Shown here one piece after another: positions 1-9,981 of a stretch of 64,000 nt of DNA. Source of the stretch: Escherichia phage EJP2; sequence record OQ411014.1. One strand, written 5' to 3'. Each line of letters starts with the position of its first letter. The stretch's first letter is position 1. Both the position numbers and the translations under genes were made by a program. The notes below the pieces were generated by a model. That model was not told the DNA's origin, made no database searches, and worked only from the letters and a program-made list of their open reading frames with translations.

Positions 1-245
1 GAGTCCGGTAGTTGTGAAGTAAGTAAACGTCCATTATCGTCGAGCATTGCAAAACGGCGATACGCTACAGAACCGTCATCAAAAGTAATTGCCCCTTCAA
101 ATGCTTCCCATCCTTTGTTATATCTAAACATACCAGCACGTTGAGTGTCATTAGTAGCTTTGCTTGGTGCTTTAGGCACTTCAAGGAATGTAGCACTATC
201 AATGACTACACCACCTTCACCTTTAATTCTATATACACTAGCCAT
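1..245 (-). CDS. Tail-fibre-like protein, N-terminal fragment; gene runs past the window start
   Basis: Minus-strand ATG at 245-243 preceded by AAGGA RBS; frame open to position 1 (MASVYRIKGEGG...RAGMFRYNKGWEAFEG...). The G-x-x-RYN...W-x-FEG motif is typical of phage tail-fibre N-termini. Not in the ORF track because it is truncated. Confidence 0.45.
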   Translation of the reverse strand, partial: MASVYRIKGEGGVVIDSATFLEVPKAPSKATNDTQRAGMFRYNKGWEAFEGAITFDDGSVAYRRFAMLDDNGRLLTSQLPD

Positions 246-276
246 TTAATTGTCCTTAGAATAGATTTATATTAAG

Positions 277-284
277 TATTTATT
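277..284 (-). promoter_or_regulatory. Late-promoter-like motif AATAAATA on minus strand (tail-fibre fragment)
   Basis: Plus-strand TATTTATT, ~32 bp upstream of start 245. Confidence 0.3.
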
Positions 285-300
285 TGATGACCCCAAAAGA

Positions 301-327
301 AAAGGCCAACCGAAGTTGACCTTTTTT
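301..327. terminator. Hairpin terminator, C(UUCG)G tetraloop on the minus-strand RNA
   Basis: GGCCAAC-CGAA-GTTGACC stem-loop (one mismatch) flanked by A-run and T-run; lies after the 210-aa gene. Confidence 0.55.
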
Positions 328-338
328 CTAATTTCAAA

Positions 339-971
339 TTATAGGATTACATCTCCCCATTTAGCTGCTAGACGAACTGCTTCATAATCTTGTGCTGCAT
401 CAATTGCAGAACAGATTTCTTGTTCAGTGTCAAACAAGCCGTCACGATACAAGGAAATTTCCAAGTATAGTGCTTTGATTTCAGCAGCAGACATTACTAC
501 ATCATTTCCTGATTTATCACGAATAGAAAGACTTTCAATGCTTGGGTCTACTAGTAATTCAATTAGCAAACCTTGAAGTTCAAGTCTACCTTCACTAGAT
601 AGGTCAAATACATTCAAATCTTTTTCGTATTCAGATGTTGCGAGATAAGAACGATGTGCTTCAACACGTTGTTTCATCTCTGCACGAACGATTGCCAAAT
701 CCATTGGCTTGTAGGTATAGGTATTAATGATTTTACCTTCTACATCATCCATCACAACTTCTTTTTTCTCAAATTCGCAGAACTCACCAGTACCGACATA
801 ATTATCTTCTTGAATCCAAAAACCGTGAGTTAGACGCCCTTCGGCGTCTAACTTGGTAATGTCTCCAATAGTATAACCAGATACTAATGAACGTTGTCCT
901 ACGGTGGAACTTGTATATTTCACGAATTCCCATTGGTCGAGTTCGTTCTTGTTAACTACTACATAAACCAT
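339..971 (-). CDS. Hypothetical protein (210 aa), downstream of the giant fibre gene; possible fibre-associated protein
   Basis: ORF with strong RBS (AAGGAGATAAATCAA-ATG); no recognisable motif. Confidence 0.5.
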   Translation of the reverse strand: MVYVVVNKNELDQWEFVKYTSSTVGQRSLVSGYTIGDITKLDAEGRLTHGFWIQEDNYVGTGEFCEFEKKEVVMDDVEGKIINTYTYKPMDLAIVRAEMKQRVEAHRSYLATSEYEKDLNVFDLSSEGRLELQGLLIELLVDPSIESLSIRDKSGNDVVMSAAEIKALYLEISLYRDGLFDTEQEICSAIDAAQDYEAVRLAAKWGDVIL

Positions 972-995
972 TTGATTTATCTCCTTTAATTGATA

Positions 996-3900
996 TTATA
1001 CGTTACGTTGTGCAATAAACACGTCAATGGTAGAACCTACACCGCTGTATACTAACTGACAGATAGATACAGAGTTTGGAGTGGTGTTAATCGCAGTATC
1101 AGCACCAATCACACTATATGGAGGTGGTAGAGTTAGCGAGTGGTTACCAGTTGCGTCTTGTGTTACATATACGAACCAAGAACCTGCATATCCTGGGGTG
1201 ATTGGTAGGTTACCAACGGTAGTATCACCTGTTAGGGTAATGTTATACACGTTAGAAGTACCATCAGGAGTCCAAGTACCAGTTGCAGAAGCAGCCGGAG
1301 CAGCTTTAACTAGGTATTTGCTAGTACTTACCGATTCAGTTACTAGGTCGCCGATATCAGCAGTTAGTGTACCAGTTACTGTTAGGTTGTTAGCATTAAT
1401 TGTACCAGTACTATCAATATCAACAGCAGTTACTTTACCAGTGAAATCGGAGGTTCCAGATACAGTAAGGCTTGTAGCAGTGATTGCACCTGTGGTTACA
1501 GCAGCTAAGGTAGAAGTACCAGTTACTGTTAGAGTATCAGTTTCTAGACCGCCAGTAATTGCAGCACCATCAGCACTAACAGTTAGTTTACCACCAGTAG
1601 TTAGTGTAGTACCTACGCTCGCCGCAGCAGAGAAAGTAGCAGTACCAGTGCTGGATAGAGTACCAGTTACTGTGGTTGCACCAGTAATTGCAGCACCATC
1701 AGCACTAACAGTTAGTTTACCACCAGTAGTTAGTGTAGTACCAACTGTTGCAGCACCAGTAACTTCAAGAGTTACACCTTTCAAGAAGGAAGTGGAAGTA
1801 ACAGATTGTGCAACTAGATCAGAAGTACTTTGGTCTAGTGTACCAATGATACGACCATTAACAGTAAAGTCACCAGTACAAACTGCGTTACCGTTAAGCT
1901 GTAGGTTGTTGTTTACAGAACCACTTGCACCGATAACAGCAGAGTCAATTGTTGCTTGACCTTTAACTTCGAGTGTAGTACCAACAGATACCGCTTGGGA
2001 AGTTGTTACAGACCGTGGAGAAATATCACGACCAGTTAAGTCGATTTGAGCAGTGATAGTACCATCAACATCCAAGTTACCTGTGATGTGGGTGTTACCA
2101 GAAATCTCAGCAATATATTCTTCTTCGTCCCATACTAGAGTACCTACGTGTAGGTTTGTGGTAGAGGTCTTCTTGAAAGAAGCGGTTGCAGTTGCAGCAC
2201 CGTTCTGTGCGATATTACCAGCAGTTACTGTTAGGTCACCAGTAGTAATTGTTGCACCGTTATCAGAAGTTACAGAACCAAATTTACCTGCACCTGAAGC
2301 AGTGATTGCACCACCTAGGGTTGTTGCACCAGTAGTTACGGTTAGACCGTTATCAGAGGTTACAGAACCAAATTTACCTGCACCAGTACTGGTTAGAGTA
2401 CCACCAACAGTTGTGTTGCCAGTTACACCTAGTGTAGTACCAACAGTTGCACCAGCAGCAGTAGAAACACTATTAACAGATAGGTCAGCACCCGCGAGGT
2501 TTAGACCACCAGCAGGAGTGAATGTACCATTAACGGTCATGTCACCAGTTGCTACCGTGTTACCTGTGATATCTAGTGATGCTAGAGTTGCTTTACCTGA
2601 AGTACTTAGAGTACTAACAGATGTTGCATCAGCAGTTACATCAGCTAGGGTAGATGCACCAGTTACATTTAGTGTAGTACCGATATTTGCACTGTTTAGA
2701 GTTGCTAGACCAGAAGTACTTACAGTACTTAGGGAAGTATTACCAGATACACCTAGGGTTGTAGTAACGCTTGCAGCGTTCGCATTGACAGTTCCTAGAG
2801 TAGATACGCCAGTTACTTCTAGAGTAGTGTTAACTTTAGCACCGTTTAGTGTTGCCAAACCAGTAGTCGTTAGTGCATCAGTAGTTACATCAGCTAGGGT
2901 AGATGCACCAGTTACATTTAGAGAACCACCAACAGTTGTGTCGTTAGTACTGGATAGTGTTAGTGCACTTAGGTTAGTTGCACTTAGGTCGAATTGACCA
3001 TCAACAGTCAAATCACCAGTTACATGAGCGTTACCGAGAGAGTTAAGAGACTTAACAGTTACATCAGTTGTGCTTAGGTCGATTGCTCCAGCAGTTAGTG
3101 TACCAGTTGCATGGAAATCACCAGTTACGTTGGTAGATTTAGCAAGTTGTACAGTAGTTCCAGCAGTTGTAAAGGAAGCAGCAGATACAGCACCAGTTGC
3201 GGATACAGATGAAGCACCAATTGCACCAGCAGTTACACCAGCAAGAGTAGTTTCACCAGTTACTGCTAGAGTACCAGAAGCAGTTACATCAGCCAGGGTT
3301 GAAGCGGCAGATACAGTTACAGCACCTAGAGTTGCTTCGTCGCTTGCTAATTTAGGGAATGTATTTGTTTTAGCAGCATCAGTAGATACAAAACTTAAAG
3401 CAGTTACATCAGCACCAGATAAGTCAACAGTACCAGATACAGCTAGGTTGCCACCGATTGTTGCACCTTCAGTAGTCGTAATAGACTTGGAAGCAATATC
3501 AACAGAAGATAGGTCAAAACCACCAACTGGGGTAAATGTCCCATTAACTGTTAGGTTTTTATCAGCAACAACATCACTTGCTAGAGTTACTGTGCCAGCA
3601 CCAAGTGGAGCAGCTTGAACAGTTGCGGATTCTACCGAAGCACCTTTAACAATACCAGTTGCAGTAATGTTTGTTGCAGAGATATCACCAATGGATTCAA
3701 TACCGCCATTAGGCTTGAAAGAACCAGTTACAGTTAAGTCTTTTGCAGCGACTGCATTACTTGCCAATGTTACTGTACCAGCACCAGCAGCAGCACCTTG
3801 AATAGATGGAACAGTTGCAGTTGCAGCACTTACATCACCAGTTGCAGCGAAAGATACAGCACTGATATCACCAGTTGCATCAATATCACCAGCATTTACA

Positions 3901-6605
3901 GTACCAGCAGTGATGGTAGTACTAGATAGAGTTGGGATGGTGCTTTGTGCAACAGTTGCAGTAATAGATTTAACATTAATATCCGCAGCACTTAGGTCGA
4001 ATGTACCGTCAACAACAAGGTTTCCACCAACGTTTACGTTACCTGTAGTGGTTACAGATGCAGCATCAACAGCAGTAGTACTTAGGTCAATTGAAGCTGG
4101 GGTTAGAACACCAGAAATAGTTACGTCATTTGCAAAAGTGGTATTACCAGTAATGCTTGGAACAACTAATGAATCAGCAGTTACTGAAGCTAATGTTGAA
4201 GCACCAGTTACGCTTAGAGATGCAGCAGATGCAGCACCGATTGCAGAAGCACCAGTTACATTTAGAGAACCACCATTAACTTCACCAGTTGCAGTGACAG
4301 AAGCAGCAGTTACAGCACCAGTTGCCGCGACAGATTCAGCAGAAACGCCAGCAGTTGCTACAACAGAGTTCGGTGCGATATCAAGACCGTCAACGTTTGC
4401 AGCAGCAGTTACACCAGTAGTAGTACCAGTTACAACTAGGTCTTTAACAGTTACAGTTTGACCATTAACAGTTACGTTACCACCAATTGTTGCACCAGCA
4501 GTTGCAGTGATTTCACCTGTTACGCCTAGAGTACCACCAACAGTTGCGTTGCCAGTTACAGCAGCGTTACCACCTACAGATAGATCAGTACCAACAGTAG
4601 TGGTGGTTACAGATTCTAGAGTATTACCATTAAGGGCAGCAGTTGCTACAACAGAGTTAGGTGTTAGGTCTTGACCACTAACATCAACAGTTAGACCAGT
4701 TACAACACCAGTAAATTCAACATCAGCAAGAATTGATTTACCATCAACTTTTAGTTGTGGTTGTGCAGTACCGATAGTACTGTTACCTTGGATGTGAACA
4801 TAATCCATAGTGGATTTGCCTAGTGCAGTTAGACCAGCAGTACCACCAACGTTACCAACAGATGCGTTCTGTAGTAGTGCTTTATCAGCTACAAGGTCAG
4901 AAGTTGCGATTTTGTATGGTTCGATGCTGGATTTGGTGTCGCTTGGGCGAGCCGGATCGTTATATGCAAATTGTAAAATACCGTGGTTACCAGATTCGCC
5001 ATCAATAACGTTTAGAGTACTAAAGTTAGCGATTGAAGTTCTTGCACCAGTTAAGTTACCAGATAGAGTTAGGTTTTGTAGAGTACTTGGACCAGAAACA
5101 TTTAGAGATGTTGCATTAATATCAGTAAATGAAAGACCAGATACTGCACCAGTAATAATCAAATCACCAACTGTGGTTTTTTGTAGTACTGTATCACCAG
5201 TTACTTCTAGTTTTGGTGTTGCTTCACCAATAGTACTGTTACCAGTAATGCTTAGGTAATCAATAGTTGCTTTACCTAGTGCTTTTAGACCAGCAGTACC
5301 TGCTACATCACCAACTTCAGCAGCTTTAAGAACAGCTTTGTCAGCTACTAGATCAGAAGTTGCCATTTTGTATGGTTCGATACTTGATTTTGTGTCATTT
5401 GGACGAAGTGTGTCATTATAAGCGAATTGTACAATGCCGTGGTTTCCAGCAGTACCGTCATCAACAGTAAAAGTACTGAAGCGTGCTACTGAAGAGTTAC
5501 CACCAGTTAGGTTGCCACTCATGTTAACGCCAGCTAGAGTTGATGCACCAGATACGTTTAGAGTTGCTACGTTTAGGTCAGTGAATGAAAGACCAGATAC
5601 TGCACCAGTAATTGTTAGGTTACGAACTGTAGTATCTTGTAGTACTGATTTACCAGTTACTTCTAGGAAGTTATCAGCAGTACCAATAGTACTGTTACCA
5701 GCAATTTTTAGGTAATCGATTTTTGCATTACCGAGAGCGTGTAGACCGTGGTCATCGCCACCACCAACAACACCAACGGTTGCTACGTCAGTTTGGATAT
5801 CGTTGGTATCAATTTCTTGAGTACTAACTTTGTACGGCTCAAGGCTAGTTTTGATATCAGAAGGACGTAGTGGGTCGTTATATGTGAACTGAACACTACC
5901 AGTTTGACCGGAAACACGATATTGGTTTACGGATACAGTACTGTTTGCACCAGTTACGTTACCTTGGATAGTAGTTGCACCTTTAATGTTTACGTTGTTA
6001 AGATCACTTAGTGTTTTAACTTCGATGTTATTGAAAGTACCAGCATCCATAGTGTAAGTGCCACTTAGAGTACCATTGATTTCCACATCACCTAGTGTTG
6101 TTTTGCCAGTTACGTCTAGAGTACTGTCAAGTACTGCTGCACCTTTAGCATGTAGGGCTTCAGTAGTTGTACTACCTAGAGCTACAGTACTAGTTGGTTC
6201 AGTAGAAAGATTGCCATTAACTTTTGCATTACCAGATACGGTTAGGCTATCAGCAGAAGTTTCTTTAAATGAAGCACTACCAGTAGTTTGAGTAATATTT
6301 GAATTAAAAGTTGCTTCGGCATCAACAGCCAAAGTACCTTTAACACTTACTGTATCAGTTAGAGCGTCACCAAGAACGGTATTACCAGATACGTTAAGAT
6401 TTCCGAGATTAGAAGTACCAGTACTTGTAATGTCAGCGAATTGAGCAGAACCCGTCACTGTGATAGCAGTGAATGTGGCATCTGCGAAAGAAACAGTGCC
6501 TTCTACAGAAAGATTTTGCTTGAATACAGCATTACCCTTCAATAGTAGGTCTTTGTCAATCGTTGCTCCACCGAGAACGCCTAGATCAGTTTTAATTGAA
6601 TACAT
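996..6605 (-). CDS. Giant fibrous repeat protein (1869 aa), T/G/A/S/V-rich; putative tail fibre or adhesin
   Basis: Long ORF with GGAGGG RBS; T4-late-like motif upstream; internal ~153-aa tandem repeats (QF-x-YND-x-x-RP-x-D-x-K-S-x-EPYK three times) and many shorter repeats; low-complexity beta-rich composition typical of fibres. Confidence 0.75.
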   Translation of the reverse strand: MYSIKTDLGVLGGATIDKDLLLKGNAVFKQNLSVEGTVSFADATFTAITVTGSAQFADITSTGTSNLGNLNVSGNTVLGDALTDTVSVKGTLAVDAEATFNSNITQTTGSASFKETSADSLTVSGNAKVNGNLSTEPTSTVALGSTTTEALHAKGAAVLDSTLDVTGKTTLGDVEINGTLSGTYTMDAGTFNNIEVKTLSDLNNVNIKGATTIQGNVTGANSTVSVNQYRVSGQTGSVQFTYNDPLRPSDIKTSLEPYKVSTQEIDTNDIQTDVATVGVVGGGDDHGLHALGNAKIDYLKIAGNSTIGTADNFLEVTGKSVLQDTTVRNLTITGAVSGLSFTDLNVATLNVSGASTLAGVNMSGNLTGGNSSVARFSTFTVDDGTAGNHGIVQFAYNDTLRPNDTKSSIEPYKMATSDLVADKAVLKAAEVGDVAGTAGLKALGKATIDYLSITGNSTIGEATPKLEVTGDTVLQKTTVGDLIITGAVSGLSFTDINATSLNVSGPSTLQNLTLSGNLTGARTSIANFSTLNVIDGESGNHGILQFAYNDPARPSDTKSSIEPYKIATSDLVADKALLQNASVGNVGGTAGLTALGKSTMDYVHIQGNSTIGTAQPQLKVDGKSILADVEFTGVVTGLTVDVSGQDLTPNSVVATAALNGNTLESVTTTTVGTDLSVGGNAAVTGNATVGGTLGVTGEITATAGATIGGNVTVNGQTVTVKDLVVTGTTTGVTAAANVDGLDIAPNSVVATAGVSAESVAATGAVTAASVTATGEVNGGSLNVTGASAIGAASAASLSVTGASTLASVTADSLVVPSITGNTTFANDVTISGVLTPASIDLSTTAVDAASVTTTGNVNVGGNLVVDGTFDLSAADINVKSITATVAQSTIPTLSSTTITAGTVNAGDIDATGDISAVSFAATGDVSAATATVPSIQGAAAGAGTVTLASNAVAAKDLTVTGSFKPNGGIESIGDISATNITATGIVKGASVESATVQAAPLGAGTVTLASDVVADKNLTVNGTFTPVGGFDLSSVDIASKSITTTEGATIGGNLAVSGTVDLSGADVTALSFVSTDAAKTNTFPKLASDEATLGAVTVSAASTLADVTASGTLAVTGETTLAGVTAGAIGASSVSATGAVSAASFTTAGTTVQLAKSTNVTGDFHATGTLTAGAIDLSTTDVTVKSLNSLGNAHVTGDLTVDGQFDLSATNLSALTLSSTNDTTVGGSLNVTGASTLADVTTDALTTTGLATLNGAKVNTTLEVTGVSTLGTVNANAASVTTTLGVSGNTSLSTVSTSGLATLNSANIGTTLNVTGASTLADVTADATSVSTLSTSGKATLASLDITGNTVATGDMTVNGTFTPAGGLNLAGADLSVNSVSTAAGATVGTTLGVTGNTTVGGTLTSTGAGKFGSVTSDNGLTVTTGATTLGGAITASGAGKFGSVTSDNGATITTGDLTVTAGNIAQNGAATATASFKKTSTTNLHVGTLVWDEEEYIAEISGNTHITGNLDVDGTITAQIDLTGRDISPRSVTTSQAVSVGTTLEVKGQATIDSAVIGASGSVNNNLQLNGNAVCTGDFTVNGRIIGTLDQSTSDLVAQSVTSTSFLKGVTLEVTGAATVGTTLTTGGKLTVSADGAAITGATTVTGTLSSTGTATFSAAASVGTTLTTGGKLTVSADGAAITGGLETDTLTVTGTSTLAAVTTGAITATSLTVSGTSDFTGKVTAVDIDSTGTINANNLTVTGTLTADIGDLVTESVSTSKYLVKAAPAASATGTWTPDGTSNVYNITLTGDTTVGNLPITPGYAGSWFVYVTQDATGNHSLTLPPPYSVIGADTAINTTPNSVSICQLVYSGVGSTIDVFIAQRNV
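4600..6000 (-). repeat. Three in-frame tandem repeats of ~459 bp (~153 aa) inside the 1869-aa fibre gene
   Basis: Protein repeats (QF-x-YND..RP.D.K.S.EPYK ... GNSTIG ... ITGAVSGLSFTD) three times; DNA landmarks at ~4911, ~5368 and ~5829. Confidence 0.75.
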
Positions 6606-6664
6606 GTAATCCCTCCATTGGATTGTTAATAAGGAACACTTTTCCTGAGCTATGTTATTTCTTA

Positions 6665-6672
6665 TATTTATA
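6665..6672 (-). promoter_or_regulatory. T4-type late promoter motif TATAAATA on minus strand (giant fibre gene)
   Basis: Plus-strand TATTTATA = minus-strand TATAAATA, ~60 bp upstream of start 6605. Confidence 0.5.
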
Positions 6673-6687
6673 CATCTTCATAATAAT

Positions 6688-6730
6688 AAAACCGGATTAG
6701 GTCGATCCTTTCCGGTTTTATTTTTTATTT
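6688..6730. terminator. Hairpin terminator after the 293-aa gene
   Basis: AAACCGGA...TCCGGTTT stem with flanking A/T runs. Confidence 0.6.
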
Positions 6731-6732
6731 TT

Positions 6733-7614
6733 TTATTTCCCACTAATTACAACTTTCCCACTAAATGGTAGATAAGATGAGAACGTTACATTACCAGCTA
6801 CGTCGATAGTACTGTCAACAGTTACAACGTTATATGGGGAACTTGATGTTGCAGAATCAACCTCATTTTCCATAATAGCCAAATACAACGGACCAATTTC
6901 TTGACCATGTGTTGATTGCGGAATTGTTAGTGAATATTTCCCAGCAGAAGAACTCCATTGAGCCTTATTGACTGGTGAACTATATGGTGCTGTCATAGTT
7001 GTTGCTCCTATAAGTTTTACTATTACATATTCTGTCGGTACTGCGTCTGTACTGATTGTCACATTACCTACTGCATCAAGTGTTACGTTCATACCAATTG
7101 TATTCCCGCCTGGATCTTGCACTTGTACAAGCAGATCTGAACCGCGTTTGTGTACGGATTCAGGTAGACTAAACACATATTGTGAACCTTGCAAAACGAA
7201 ATCACCAGGCATCGAGGTGTGTGCAGTAACATAGTCGGAATCTGTTGTTGGGGCGGGTTTCTTAAAAGGTTTCCAGATGTCCTGGTCTTTAAAGAATATT
7301 TGTACAATACTAGTACCGTCAACTTGGAAATAAGTATCTCCATTAATCCCTAATGAAACGTCAGGCTCATCAGTTCCTGATAAAGCACCACCGGAACCGC
7401 CAGCGTTGTGCTCATTAAAGTAATTCAATGTTACTAAGTGTGATGGATTTATCGGTGCACCTGCACTGACGGGAACAAGTTCAGTTCCTTGATAGTTTTG
7501 GACTTGCATTTCTGTTTTGCCAGGAGCATAATCTACTGAACTAAAACGAACTCCACCCTTACCAAGAAAGAACGTCTTCTTCATGGTTCCTTCTAAGTTA
7601 GAAAAAACTGCCAT
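6733..7614 (-). CDS. Hypothetical virion protein (293 aa)
   Basis: ORF with AAGGAG RBS, immediately downstream of the collagen-like gene in the same leftward late operon. Confidence 0.55.
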   Translation of the reverse strand: MAVFSNLEGTMKKTFFLGKGGVRFSSVDYAPGKTEMQVQNYQGTELVPVSAGAPINPSHLVTLNYFNEHNAGGSGGALSGTDEPDVSLGINGDTYFQVDGTSIVQIFFKDQDIWKPFKKPAPTTDSDYVTAHTSMPGDFVLQGSQYVFSLPESVHKRGSDLLVQVQDPGGNTIGMNVTLDAVGNVTISTDAVPTEYVIVKLIGATTMTAPYSSPVNKAQWSSSAGKYSLTIPQSTHGQEIGPLYLAIMENEVDSATSSSPYNVVTVDSTIDVAGNVTFSSYLPFSGKVVISGK

Positions 7615-7629
7615 TGTGAGTTCTCCTTA

Positions 7630-8748
7630 TTATATGTTATTTGAAATTGGCACATCTGGTAGTTGATATGCCATTTGGATAGTGACATTCATTTTACCAG
7701 TTGGACTGTTGTTAACTGATGAATCAAAAACACAAGAAAGAATTTCATCTTTATCACTTGGTTCGTGATTAACTTCGTTTACTATGTATTTACGTGCTTC
7801 TGCAATATCAAAATAATCTTTAGGTGCAATTACAGTACCGTCAATTTTTGATTGTGCTGTACCACCAAAACGAACGAACATACCATCTTCAATCATTGAG
7901 TAACCTTGAGTAACATCAATTTGAATATCAGTTACTACATAACCTTTAGGACATGTTCCAACCACTAGTACTGCGTTAGTGAATGAGTTATCAATTACGT
8001 TATGAACGATGTAAACACTATCACCATTTTTACCTGGGTCGCCTTGAATACCTTTATCACCCTGAATACCCTGCTTACCACGGAAAGGAATTGGATTACT
8101 CCATTCTTTTTGACCCGGAACACTAGCACTTTCTTTTACATAGTATAACATACCATCATCAGTGTCATATACAGTGTAATTGTATGGAAGGTTAGTAATA
8201 TCTGGAAGTTCAGTTGCTTCTAAATCGATTTTAAAAACACCCTGTTCACCTTTAGGGCCAGTCCACTGATAAGGACCACGCCAATCAGTTGTAGGTTCAT
8301 CATACATCCAAATAGAGCCAGTACTGGTATCGAAGAAAGTATACTCATCGAATAAGTTAGTTGTAGGCTTTGTAGTACCACTGGAATCAATTGTGAATGG
8401 GCGGCCTGGGTCACCTTTTTCACCTTTACCGATTTCAGTACTGTTCCATGTTACTGGTGTTACATCTACATCAGAGGTTTTAAAATAGAGGATACTCTTA
8501 TTGTTTGCTAGACTTAGATATGACCAACCCAATGGTTTTTCGGGTCTAAAAGTCATGTCTGGAATTTCAAATCCAACTTCATCTGGGTAGAAGTCTGTAC
8601 CGTTCTTACCATTCATACCAACAACGTGGCCTAAGTTTTCGATGGTGTTATCGGGGTAGGTACAAATCAAATCACCAGAGGCGTTTATCTTGAATTTTAG
8701 TCCAGCGTTATTACAGGAAGATGAAGATCCATTAAATGAAATTGTCAT
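7630..8748 (-). CDS. Collagen-like repeat-containing fibre protein (372 aa)
   Basis: Gly-X-Y triplet run (GKQGIQGDKGIQGDPGKNGDS) and another (GEKGDPGRP); late-type motif 8783-8790 upstream; RBS AAAGGA. Confidence 0.6.
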   Translation of the reverse strand: MTISFNGSSSSCNNAGLKFKINASGDLICTYPDNTIENLGHVVGMNGKNGTDFYPDEVGFEIPDMTFRPEKPLGWSYLSLANNKSILYFKTSDVDVTPVTWNSTEIGKGEKGDPGRPFTIDSSGTTKPTTNLFDEYTFFDTSTGSIWMYDEPTTDWRGPYQWTGPKGEQGVFKIDLEATELPDITNLPYNYTVYDTDDGMLYYVKESASVPGQKEWSNPIPFRGKQGIQGDKGIQGDPGKNGDSVYIVHNVIDNSFTNAVLVVGTCPKGYVVTDIQIDVTQGYSMIEDGMFVRFGGTAQSKIDGTVIAPKDYFDIAEARKYIVNEVNHEPSDKDEILSCVFDSSVNNSPTGKMNVTIQMAYQLPDVPISNNI

Positions 8749-8782
8749 ATTTATTTCCTTTTTTAAATTGCTTTATTATGAA

Positions 8783-8790
8783 TATTTATC
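8783..8790 (-). promoter_or_regulatory. Late-promoter-like motif GATAAATA on minus strand (collagen-like gene)
   Basis: Plus-strand TATTTATC, ~35 bp upstream of start 8748; divergent from the plus-strand motif at 8815. Confidence 0.4.
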
Positions 8791-8814
8791 ACTCTCTGAT
8801 TACATTCGCTGCCG

Positions 8815-8822
8815 TATAAATA
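8815..8822 (+). promoter_or_regulatory. T4-type late promoter motif TATAAATA
   Basis: Exact TATAAATA 33 bp upstream of ATG 8855; a gp55-like sigma factor is encoded in the window. Confidence 0.55.
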
Positions 8823-8854
8823 AGTAAAAGTTCATAAAAGAGGGGCTTATTAAA

Positions 8855-9352
8855 ATGGCTTTAAGATCAAAGAATTTTCTATTCAAAAGAAAGGGTAAAG
8901 ATGGCGAGTGGTATGATTTCCAAGATTCAGACTCGTGGTACGATACCAATAACGATTATCATTGGAATGAAGTTTCGTTACCACTGGCTGCTGGGGGATA
9001 CTATGGCAGTACTACAGGATTACATACAATTGCATTCACACTACGTCAATTCGTTGGTCGTATATATGTTGAAGCAACTCTGTCAAGCAACCCTGAAGAA
9101 GCGGATTGGTTCCCAATTAAGTTTACTGAATCTTGTCGGTACTATATGGAATTCACGGATACCAGAATTTACGATGAAAATCGTGACAATTTTATTGAAG
9201 AATCAGGGGCAACCGGAACATTTGCCGAAACTCTAGTTGGTAACTTCACATACCTTAGAGTCGGTATTGAACGTAATTACATTAGTATTGACCCAACCGA
9301 GTATCAGAAACGCAAAGGTGGGAAATTAGAAGAAGTTCAAATTAATTTCTAA
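8855..9352 (+). CDS. Hypothetical protein (165 aa), probable late gene
   Basis: ORF with RBS AAGAGGGG; exact TATAAATA late-type motif at 8815-8822. Confidence 0.55.
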   Translation: MALRSKNFLFKRKGKDGEWYDFQDSDSWYDTNNDYHWNEVSLPLAAGGYYGSTTGLHTIAFTLRQFVGRIYVEATLSSNPEEADWFPIKFTESCRYYMEFTDTRIYDENRDNFIEESGATGTFAETLVGNFTYLRVGIERNYISIDPTEYQKRKGGKLEEVQINF

Positions 9353-9363
9353 GGAAAAATAAA

Positions 9364-9972
9364 ATGGAAAACAAAATCGAACAACCAAGATTGTTTGTTA
9401 AAGGTCATGTGCTGATTACTGATGTTACTGACCCAGAAAACACAAAAGTAGTTTTGGATAAATCAAACGCAATCCATCCAGAAAACATGAGTCGTGCTAT
9501 TGCAAACGCTCTGGCAGCAAACGTAGATAGTGCTGGAGTAAGTTTAGGGGCTGTTTCTGAAATGCGTTTTGGTAATGGTGGTACTGTAGTGTTGAGTACT
9601 GGGCGTGTTACCTATAAATCCCCACGCGTCACTTCGTATGGTGGTTTGTATTCTGAAACTTATTCTAAAAAGATTAACCCACGTATTAATACTGGTGTTG
9701 ATGAACAATATAATAACATCACGACCGTTCACATTCCCGGACAGGCATATACTGACTTGGTATGCTTATGTACATTAGGTTTAAGTGAGCCGTCAGACCA
9801 AGCTGTTAGTTCCAGTACTTCAATGGATGGAACTTATGTATTTGATGAACTCGGTCTATATACTGACGGTACTAGTGGTTTACCACTATCACATATTATT
9901 TTCCATCCAGTTGAGAAAAGTGCAAACCGTATTCTACAAGTAAAATATACTGTGCGTGTTCAACTTCAATAA
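9364..9972 (+). CDS. Hypothetical protein (202 aa)
   Basis: ORF with AAGGAAAA RBS, tightly packed after the previous gene. Confidence 0.55.
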   Translation: MENKIEQPRLFVKGHVLITDVTDPENTKVVLDKSNAIHPENMSRAIANALAANVDSAGVSLGAVSEMRFGNGGTVVLSTGRVTYKSPRVTSYGGLYSETYSKKINPRINTGVDEQYNNITTVHIPGQAYTDLVCLCTLGLSEPSDQAVSSSTSMDGTYVFDELGLYTDGTSGLPLSHIIFHPVEKSANRILQVKYTVRVQLQ

Positions 9973-9981
9973 GGATAAGAT

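Noticed and set aside
1081-6291. Plus-strand ORFs (1081-1959, 2053-2997, 3070-3618, 3910-4461, 4810-5259, 5434-5715, 6058-6291) inside the 1869-aa gene
   Set aside because: They are antisense to a long low-complexity gene; their V/P/T/A-rich translations are what the reverse complement of a T/G/A/S/V-rich coding strand gives, and they lack RBS or promoter context.
8220-9732. Short ORFs overlapping larger genes (8220-8423, 8901-9236, 9544-9732 and similar 60-110-aa ORFs elsewhere)
   Set aside because: Each is embedded in or antisense to a longer ORF with better start context, and several have biased compositions typical of out-of-frame translation.
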